NCBI GenBank assembly: GCA_001687465.1
Contig: LVLI01000020.1
Location: 1-64,000, forward strand
Direction: 5' to 3'
Source: Halocafeteria seosinensis
Taxonomy: Eukaryota
Length of the DNA stretch: 64,000 nt
A program made the translations under genes and the position numbers. Position 1 is the stretch's first letter. Each line of letters begins with the position of its first letter. The notes under the pieces are model-generated. The model was given only the letters and a program-made list of their open reading frames with translations. It ran no database searches and was not told the DNA's origin. Shown here piece by piece: positions 1-9,000 of the stretch.

Positions 1-90
1 ACAGATAGCCCACCGGCCGGGAAGTTGACCACATCCTCTTAACGAGGAGCGGTATGCGCCCGTGTTAAGCAGCGACGGGCCCGCTGTTCC
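1..90 (-). repeat. Dispersed structured repeat 'A' (other copies 1538-1574 on +, 2684-2768 on -, short piece 2644-2658 on +)
   Basis: 1-37 is the exact reverse complement of 1538-1574. 11-80 is a close variant of 2684-2768. In element sense it ends GCCGGTGGGCTATC|TGT(CA). Confidence 0.85.
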
Positions 91-482
91 TGCAGCCTTG
101 CTGACATGCGCCGTGAGGGAACACAGCACTGGTTAAGCTCAGGAGGCATTGGGGGAGGAGCCATGCCTGCGCCCACAATGTCAGAGGTACCGACAAGGCT
201 CAGTCTGGCAGAAGACCCTGAGCCTGCCACAGCGGCACCAACGCCAAGACCGGTTGCAGCAGCGCAGGCAGGATGAAGTGTTGTGGCCGACGCAACAGTT
301 GTGACCAATGACAAGCCTCCACCTGACGCGGGAGGGGGCTCCCCAGAAATTCCGTCCACCTCATTTTCGTCATCATAGCCCAGATTAAAGTACATCTCCT
401 GCTCGAGATCGAAGAAGGTGCAACTACCCAGGTCTTTCTGAAGCCACGAAGCCGGTTCCCACGTCCGTGCTGCCTCTGGGGT
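39..482 (-). mobile_element. 3' fragment of a chromodomain-encoding ORF (probably a retroelement pol C-terminus), cut at about 483 by the tandem repeat
   Basis: Extending ORF 39..395 upstream in frame gives EAARTWEPASWLQKDLG, matching the chromodomain TWEP motif. An Ala/Gly/Pro-rich tail follows, ending in TAA at 41-39. Confidence 0.5.
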
Positions 483-997
483 CTGCTAGCGAGTCAAGCG
501 GTTGTGTCAAGACGGGTGAGTAAGGACGAGACGGAATGGAACGTTGGGATGACACCAATGGGGAAGGGGGAACGAGAGCCAGGAGAGAAGAGGGATGAAG
601 AACTGAGACGGACGGCACGTCTCGGGTGGAATCCGGATTCGAGAACAGCCGAAGCAAGCTACACGAATTGACTTATACGTGCAAGAGGAAACTAACAACA
701 ATATCCTCCCAATCCTATTAAGCAATGAACTGCTAGCGAGTCAAGCGGTTGTGTCAAGACGGGTGAGTAAGGACGAGACGGAATGGAACGTTGGGAAGAC
801 ACCAATGGGGAAGGGGGAACGAGAGCCAGGAGAGAAGAGGGACGAAGAACTGAGACGGACGGCACGTCTTGGGTGGAATCCGGATTCGAGATCAGCCGAA
901 GAGCAAGCTACACGAATTGACTTATACGTGCAAGAGGAAACTAACAACAATATCCTCCCAATCCTATTAAGCAATGAACTGCTAGCGAGTCAAGCGG
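483..997. repeat. Tandem repeat: 247 bp + 249 bp + 19 bp partial unit
   Basis: CTGCTAGCGAGTCAAGCGG starts at 483, 730 and 979. The two full units differ by 4 substitutions and a 2 bp indel. Confidence 0.97.
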
Positions 998-1032
998 AGG
1001 TCCCATGGGATGTGACGGAAACGGATACTGAA

Positions 1033-1192
1033 GTTCGGGTCTGCGCCAATGCTTTGAAGTCACTCGTTTATGCTGCCTCTCTCCTAGTGGAACAGCGGGC
1101 CTGTAGCTGCCAGACACAGGCGCCAGCTGCTACCTAAGTGTAGCGGCTAACATCCAGCTGCCGGTGGGCCATCAGTCACATCTTCGTCGTCG
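1033..1192 (+). repeat. 160 bp dispersed repeat 'B', copy 1
   Basis: Matches 4628-4787 except at 1046, 1102 and 1118. Ends TCTTCGTCGTCG. Confidence 0.97.
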
Positions 1193-1429
1193 CTGTCACA
1201 ATGCTGTGACGCATCCCTTTTGCTTAGTGGAGCTGTTAGCCAATACATGGTGATAGTTGGTACCGTACAGTAGTTTTCTCTGTCTAATCGGTGCATCGAT
1301 GTAGTCGTGGTCCATTTGTATAGTCAACCGGTAGGCCGGGTAGGCCATGGCACAAATCCGTCACGTCACGTCAAGGATAACAACCCTGACGGCAAACTTG
1401 CAGCTAGGCCGCATATTTACAAGTGATAG

Positions 1430-1687
1430 ACACACTGCTTGGGAGCATCGTGTGTGTCAGTCACTTCTGCTACGCTTACCACTTCACCTAGTACCTGTAG
1501 TAGTATGTCTTATTTATGGCCTACCGGCTAAGTGGAAAGGATGTGGTCAACTTCCCGGCCGGTGGGCTATCTGTCACATTTGTGTGTGTGTGAGTGGAAA
1601 TGTACAAACTTGTAGTTGGGGGATCTTCACGCCGTCGAAGATCTCCCCAGAAGTGACTGACACACACGATGCTCCCAAGCAGTGTGT
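1430..1687. repeat. Perfect 40 bp inverted repeat (1430-1469 / 1648-1687), MITE-like or an inverted LTR fragment
   Basis: ACACACTGCTTGGGAGCATCGTGTGTGTCAGTCACTTCTG and its exact reverse complement. Confidence 0.9.
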
Positions 1688-1847
1688 AGGGCCCTCCTGC
1701 ATTGCCTACCCCTGCGCTCACCAACACTCGGACTCTTTGTGAGCATGAGGTTCTTCACACGTATCCTTTCAGAGCGTCTTGGGCCACGCTCCTCCGGAGT
1801 GGCTCGCGGCCTTCTTCTTCCTCGATTGTCTCGTCAGTCTCTCCCGT

Positions 1848-2531
1848 TCATGGTGTTGTTGCTTCTCCTCTGCCCCTAAAGTCCTGCATGTGCTTCTCGA
1901 ATCCTACAACCCCAAAGTCCAGCGGTAGATCATCCGCCGCGTGCCAAGTGAAGTCTTCGCTGCTCAGGTTTCCCTCCCACTCTACAAGGCACAATTCGTT
2001 CTCCTCGTCGAAGTGGACAATTCGCTTGGCCTTCCTGCTCCTATACTCCTGCATATATTGCTGGAATCCTTGAACCACAAAGTCCAGACGTTGGCCCTCC
2101 GCGGACTGCCATACGCTGTTCGGATGTCCCACCCATTCGACAAGACATTCATCGTTCTCCTCGTCAACTTCCACGACCCGACACTGCTCCAGCCCCTGCG
2201 TGACCGGGATTACCCCGAGAAGCCCCATCAGGCCTACATAGGATGCCAGTGAAGTCCGCCATACTGTCTCTCGCCGCCGGTAGGCTTGAGTCTTGTAACC
2301 CATGCGCGACCAGCGTGCCGGGATCCAGGTACCCTCCTGCAGTGGCCACGACGAGCCCCATGCCAGCCGTTTCCAATCAATCTTCCCAGCTGCTCCGATT
2401 GGGACTCGGTTGGCCCAGCATCGTCGGAAGGAGAAGACACCACACCAGTAGCGACACCCCCATTTGAAACTGCTCCCTCGGATGTACCACCTCCTACGAC
2501 TCCTACTAGCTCGAACCTCGAGCTGGCTCAC
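1848..2531 (-). mobile_element. Degenerate ORF with two tandem chromodomain-like repeats and possibly a third
   Basis: An internal duplication of about 50 aa: VVEVDEENDECLVEWVGHPNSVW... and IVHFDEENELCLVEWEGNLSSEDFTW... Upstream WPLQEGTWIPARW resembles a third TW(E)P motif. It lies inside a transposon cluster. Confidence 0.65.
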
Positions 2532-3049
2532 CGCTGGAAAAGTTCACCCATATTAAACGAGTAGACGACATCCATCAACAACAGCTTCATCATTGCCATT
2601 GCAATACGTAGGTAATAGCCCCATCATCTTGTGTCCGTAGCCCGTGGGCTATCTGTCAGTGACTGCCACATATGTGTGTGCATCACCGGCCGGGGGGTTG
2701 TCAAACCCCGGGTTGACCGCATCCTCTTAGTGAGGAGCGGTATGCGCCGGTGTTAAGCAGCGACGGGCAGCCCCGCCGTAGCGTTTTCTCAGAAAGTGGC
2801 CCTTCTCTGCAAATCAACTGCTACGAACTACGAAGCATGGATAACACATGATGTATGAAACATTGGTTTTTGCTCAGTCACCGTGACAACCAAAAGGATG
2901 CCATGCAGTGTACGTCTTCATCATCAATGACTTGAGATCATAGTTGCTTCCACGAATTTCCACCCCATTGAGATCATCTGCTTCGGCAATGAACAATTTC
3001 AGGAAAACTATGTACGGAGAAGAGCCACACTCGATAACCCCAAATTGGC

Positions 3050-4287
3050 GGCATTGAAAGAAGCTGCAGGCCACGATGAGACTTTTGACCAACTCAAACG
3101 CAAAACAACCCAACTACTTGCTTCGCACCCGCGACCCGGAGATTAACAAATGGCCATTGGAAGAGTTCAACCAGCATATGGTTGACCTGGTGCGCAAAAC
3201 GCTGAAGTGGCAAGATGAGCTCCCCGCTCACACCGTCGCACGAGCCAAGCTGTCCACGAAAGCAGAAGGACTGGGGATAGTCATCCCAGACCACGCAGCA
3301 GAAGCATCGTATGCCGCCCGGGCGATCGACGCGTCAAAAACAACCCAACAAGTGGCTAGAGACGAGCAGGACCGGCTCGCGCAATACCGCAAGAAGCCGC
3401 CACCATGGCTCGTGGAGAGTCAGAACGCGTTACAGGAAACGATGGGACTCCCGGATGCGAACTACGAAGGCTACTGGAACAAACCAAAGCTACAAAAACA
3501 CCTGGGCAAGATGTTGCAGAGAGTAGCTACACGGACTCTGAAAGGGACGCTGAACCCACAGCGGATAGCGTTACTGACGGCATGCCAAGCGGACGGAGCA
3601 GCAACATGGCTATACGCAGCACCAAGGAAAGGATATACACTAACCGACGCCGAGTACATGGTAGCACCGCACCTACGTTTACGGCCTCAAACCAACCTGT
3701 TTACGGGGCCACCCGGTGAATGCTGTGGAGAAAGACCGATCGACGAGCTATCGAGCTGCTACACCACGCACTGGGGTGCGGCAAAGAAGGGAACGCCACG
3801 CAAAGGACCCGCCGTCATGACAGGATAGCAGTGAAACTGGAGAACTACATCCGCATGAGTCAAATGCCACAGGAGAGAGAGAGGTGCTCGTAGATCCGCG
3901 AAACGAAGGAGAGGCAAGACCAGTAATGGACCTGGTAGCAAAGGGCTCAACGAGCACACTGTACGTCGACGTGACAGTGCCAAACCCACTCACGGCAGAC
4001 AGACTGGCCGCGAGAAGACCCGGCAGAAGCGAAGAAGATGAAGCGGACAAAATACGGGCACCTGGGGGACCACCACACGGAAATTATCCCGTTCGCGATA
4101 GAGGCGACGGGCGGCTTCGGGGAAGACGCAATCAAGTTCCTCAAGAGAATTGCCAGGAAAGCCCCGGGCTCCCGCCGAGGAACAAGGGGGATGCCGAACA
4201 GCCAAACTGTCAGTCACGCTGATGCGCCACAACGTGAAGATGCTGGACCGGCTCCGGGTAGGCTTTACCCCCCACACAGCTTACTAA
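3050..4287 (+). mobile_element. 5'-truncated, frameshifted CRE/SLACS-like non-LTR retrotransposon (RT thumb, CCHC finger, restriction-like endonuclease)
   Basis: Motifs run in order across at least 4 frameshifts: NYLLRT, KAEGLGI, GAATWLYAAP, LRLR, CCG...HHALGC, RRHDRI, RPVMDL...YVDVTV, KRTKY, IIPFAIEATGGFG, LSVTLMRHN, then TAA at 4285-4287. Confidence 0.85.
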
Positions 4288-4627
4288 CACTTGTGTGTCA
4301 CACTGTTTTCCGTATATCCCGCTGCTGCGACCCCTTATCCGCGATTTGGAATCCAGAAGCCGTAAGATGGGCATGCGTTACTGAAAGACGATGAATACAC
4401 TCGATTACGTGCTTGGTGAGCAGAAGTGTATCGATTCGTACATCCAACAAGAACGCAAAGGAAAACATCACTCACCGCATGTCTTGCAATTTCTTTCTAA
4501 GTATTACACCCTTTGTGCACACCGGGCGGGCACGGATCCCACACACTCACCAACTATTGCTGGACAAGGAAACGCAAAAGAAGAAATGAGTGCTACAGAC
4601 TACTCTCGGTCTTCTGTAGTTCCTCTG

Positions 4628-4787
4628 GTTCGGGTCTGCGTCAATGCTTTGAAGTCACTCGTTTATGCTGCCTCTCTCCTAGTGGAACAGCGGGCCCGTA
4701 GCTGCCAGACACGGGCGCCAGCTGCTACCTAAGTGTAGCGGCTAACATCCAGCTGCCGGTGGGCCATCAGTCACATCTTCGTCGTCG
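4628..4787 (+). repeat. 160 bp dispersed repeat 'B', copy 2
   Basis: Direct repeat of 1033-1192 with 3 mismatches. It abuts the truncated end of the hAT ORF. Confidence 0.97.
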
Positions 4788-5634
4788 ACATTACTTGCCA
4801 GATTCTGGCGTGCTCGGTCTGCAAGATTCGCGTGTCCATCGTTTCACGTGATATTCGTGCGTATGCAGGTCGGAGGCGGGATATAAACTCTTTCCATCTT
4901 GAATTGCGTAATACATTGAATGGAATGCTGCAAGCTATCAAAGCTCGAATCAGCAAAAAATGAACCTGCTCTGCAGCTTTGGCTGTCGTTACGAACTGAG
5001 ACGAAAGCGTAGTAAAACGGGGAGGCTCTTCCCTCTTAATCCACTTGGATCCAATAGCAGCGATTTCGGTTTTCACACCTGATACATCGATTTCGGATTC
5101 ATAGAGCCATTGTTCGCTATCTGGTTGATGATGGTACCCAAATCGCCCGCAGCGTGGACCTTCGCGCACGTTTTATGGTGCGTCGGCATGTATGAAGTCG
5201 TTCTGGCTGTCACATCATTATCACAAAAGTTGCACACGACCACTTCGAATCTTTTGATAGTTGGTCTCGAGTTGCGCCGTCCTTAATATGGAAATATTCC
5301 CATGTTCAGTACGGGTGCTATTCCCATTCGAATTTGAATCCTTGGGCCTTTTTGTAGTTTTCTTCCGGGGGCCCTCGAGGGGGCCTGTCTACCTGGGACG
5401 ACCTGAGACGTATCGCTTATCCTTGTTGGCGCTGAGGGCGGCACAGGCCTCTATACGATGAGGAGATCACGTGTATATCGGTAGAATCATGCACGAAGCA
5501 CTATGGAAAGATATATTGAAGAATAAAAGTGCGCACTTGTGCCAACCCCAGAATTGGCCTATGTTGTGCCAACCGTGGCATGCCACCGTGCCAGTGCCAC
5601 TTGGCACGTGGCGCTGCCCGTGCCCCACGCCCTA
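4788..5634 (-). mobile_element. hAT DNA transposon 5' portion (terminus, subterminal repeats, BED finger, start of transposase), frameshifted and truncated
   Basis: The minus strand begins TAGGGCGTGG at 5634, followed by many GGCAC/GTGCC subterminal motifs (about 5537-5625). Translation gives WEYF...VVCNFCD...HHKTC (BED finger) and LLIRALIACSIPFNVLRNSRWKEFISRLRPAY...SRET. Confidence 0.8.
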
Positions 5635-6091
5635 ACTTCAACTTGCACCGGACCGGCTTCGTAGGTCGGGTAATCCAACAAAAAGGCTGGGGGCATCCAA
5701 TAAGGGCGATAGAGGCCCAGCCGGGAGCCGAAGGGAAGGACGAAGCTGCGAAGCCAAGGCAAATTCACAGCCGGAGAAGCAAAGTGGCATTTTTCTAGCT
5801 CTATTACCTGAGGGCTGTTTTTCATGGGTTGGAATGTCCCATCCACGGCGATAATTTGGGTCAAAATGTTCTCACATCGCATCTAGTGTTGGCCACTCGT
5901 TATTTTGGTTATAGTAATTAATGAGCAATTGGCAACAGCAGAATTCCCGTGGGTCTCACATCCTGTGCTGATTTGGTTTCCTGCTTCATTATACCTCATA
6001 TACGGTCTTTTGACCGAGTAGTCTACCTTTCAGATATTTGGCTTAATTCCCTCCTTTTCTAAGTATTTTCCCGAGCTAGCCTTGTTTCTTC

Positions 6092-9000
6092 ATGGAAACA
6101 ATGGATCTTGAAAGCGAGCATGAAAATGGAGGAGCTGCACGCAAAGATGATCACGAGGTATTTGAATCCAATGAAGATGATGAGGGAGAGGGCGGCGATG
6201 AGGACTACGAAGGGCAGGGTGACACCGGGGAAGAAGAAGAAAATGGCACAGGAGAGGATGATGAGCGTAACCAAGCGTCTTCTTCGAAAAAAGACTATAG
6301 CAGGAAACGAATATTGAAACGATATGTGGATGAAAAAGCCGAAGAAGATGATGAGGAGGAAGAAGGGTCGAAACAATCGAAGAAACGCAAAACCATGAAA
6401 TCTCAAACAGATGACGAGGATGACGACGATGAGGAGGAGGACGACGACGAAGAGGAGGAGGACGAGGATGAAGATGAAGATGACAGCGACAGTGACAGCG
6501 ATGATTCCGAAGCACAGGGAAAGAAGAAACGAAAGCGAATCCGACGCCGAGGAACTCAAAATCAGATGGATGAAGGCGATTGGCAAGTGATTCAGGAGAG
6601 TATAAAAGAGAGCGATGAGGAAAGAGGACGGCAAGCACGGGAAAAGGAACAGGTCAATGGGGAAGAGCAGGATCAAGAGCATGAAGAGAAACAGCCGGAA
6701 CCCTCTACTGAGCAACCTCGCCGAGATGTAGGTATAAAACTCCCCTTGCTTGAAATCGGGTTTACGGTAAAGACTTTCATTTTCACCCCGTTGTCCATTG
6801 CAGTATGTGGATGATGACGAAGTGGATAGCGAGGGCATGGATGAATTCATTGTTGATGACGAAGGATCCGGCCCTCGGCAGAAACGGAGCAATAGAAGTG
6901 GTTTAAGCAAGTATGGTTACGGTGCCTCCGCTGAAGAGATTAGCAACTTTGAGGAGATCTTCGGTGTTGGAGCTCGATTGTATCTGGAGTCCTCTGACGC
7001 CGTGGAGAGCACAGATGAGACTGCGGCAAGGCAAGCTACTAAGAATTTGGCGCATGCTTTTGGGGACAATGAGTTACTGGCGGACATAGAAGGTCGGGAA
7101 AACGAAGAATCGTTGAAGCGCCGGCAAGTGAGCGAGGCAAAGGACGTGGCGATGAACGTCGCTGGAGAATTTGAGCCGGCGACCGTGGATAGCTTTTTCT
7201 ACAGCAACACTGATGATTCCGTCCGGAAGACTGACGTGCCGGAACGTATGTTTTTTAAATTGCCCCTACGGAAGCGCAAAGGAGAGGCTGCTCTTGAAGT
7301 GGGCACTGGTGACAGTGATGAAGATCGTGATATTGAGGCGACTTGGATAAGCAATAAAATCCAAAAAGAAATGAGATCGCAGCAGTATCAGCTACATGCA
7401 CTGAAATTCTGCGACAGTCCTTATTTCAAGAAGTACCAGGTTGGAGAGGGAATATGTACTAGTGACGAAGAAAGTATTAATTGCGCGCTAGAAGAGACCA
7501 TAAAGAGCGTCCTTCGATTTTATGTGGATGAATTATACGAGCCACCGTTCATATGGAACCAGCGTCGAGATTTCGTTTGTCCCGGCATCTCGCTCAAGCA
7601 TTTATGGCGTATCATTGAGTTGGATGAGCGGTGGAATCGACTTCGTTCTCAGTGGAGCACTGTCGAAGAGTATATTTCTATCATTCAAAGCAATGAGAGC
7701 TCAATAAGGATGTCAGAAAATTTCGAGGAGGAAATAAGAGAAAAATATCCCCGCGCAGACTCTGAAGTGGAATTGGAAGATATACTGTCATACCTCCGTC
7801 TATGCACCATCGTCAATCGTGCAATAGGTGGGACAATGTCTGTGCAAGAAAAGACGCACGGCAAGCTAACATCAGCGGAGCTTGATATCTATCTCGCATC
7901 CTATAAAAGTAGATTGGACACGTTCGCCTATTCCCTGTGTTTGACGATGGGCGAATTCGCGGATAATCTGGAACGCTCGCGCTCTTCAAATCCAGCTCAT
8001 GTGCCTTCTAGTAGGGTTGATTTGAGCAAGCTTGGGCTACCGGCGTCAGAGAACCTGAGCCTCGCTTCTCTCGCCGAAAGATTCACGTCGGATCAGGTTG
8101 TGGATGGGACTGCGGTATTGCGTAACGCGAAATTCCTCGTTGCTACCGACATTGCAAGCCATCCGAGTGTTCGACGTAAATTGCGGCGGCTTTATCGCAA
8201 GGAAGCTCGAGTTTCCACATATCCCACTGAACATGGAAAACATGAACTTGATCCGTTTCATCACTATTTCGGCGTCCATTTGCTGAAAAAGAAGTCTATT
8301 GACAAGTTCTATTGGTGCGATCCTCCGATAGACACTAGCGAGGGTGTGTTGAAAGATCATTTTGGTGATAGAGAACCGCCGGAGGTTGTGGATGATGAAT
8401 ATCCCAGTAGCTCAATGGACGTCTTTCACCGGCCGGATAGTTTTGGTATGAGCCAAGGCTCTGCCTACGGAGCTGGGTTCGAGAGAGTGTCATGGAGGAA
8501 GTCAGGAAAACCAGACCTGGCCACAGGTATGTTTCCGGAACATCCGTTATTACAAAGGAGTGAAATCGAAGAAGTTGTGGGGGTACATAATCCTCAAGTT
8601 GGTGGTCGAACACAGTGGACGCTCATCCGCCAAGCTGAAGAAGAAGGATATCTCACCTCGTACATTCACTGTGGAGACCCTCCGTTTGAACGAGAAGGAG
8701 CACAGACACAGGGGCATACACGAGATATAGGTGCAGAAGAACGACTCGTTGATGCAATATATGAGAAGTTCTTAAGCCGGGAAGGGGTAACAATACTAAG
8801 AAGGCAGTCTAGGTCATATCTCAAGTTCGAGTCTCTGGATACATCTCAACTCTCAGAAGTAGACCAGTTCCGCATCGACTGTCTTCTAATGGCTATTCGA
8901 AAGTTCTTGATCCCTACATTCGCAGCCGAGATTCGCGATGAGCTGACTAAGGAGAGTGAACGTGCCGTTGCGGAAGAATTTGCCAATAGTCTGCGGAAGC

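Noticed and set aside
46..90. GAGCGGTATGCG resembling group II intron domain V
   Set aside because: It lacks the catalytic triad context, GNRA loop and domain VI. The conserved structure is better supported on the opposite strand.
483..997. CRISPR array or hammerhead retrozyme; ORFs 679..1137, 424..657 and 741..974
   Set aside because: The units are whole-length duplicates with no unique spacers, there is no CUGANGA/GAAA core, and the ORFs are by-products of the repeat.
1085..1165. HDV-like ribozyme reading of repeat B (hairpin followed by GGCTAA)
   Set aside because: I could not build P1/P1.1 or the typical pyrimidine-rich L3, and family A has GGTCAA at that position.
2780..3000. PHD-like Cys/His pattern on the minus strand (WHPFGC...CYPC)
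   Set aside because: Interrupted by stops, with too few ligands to support a call.
6059..6910. Hydrophobic antisense ORFs
   Set aside because: Mirror of the GAN-rich acidic N-terminus of SPT6.
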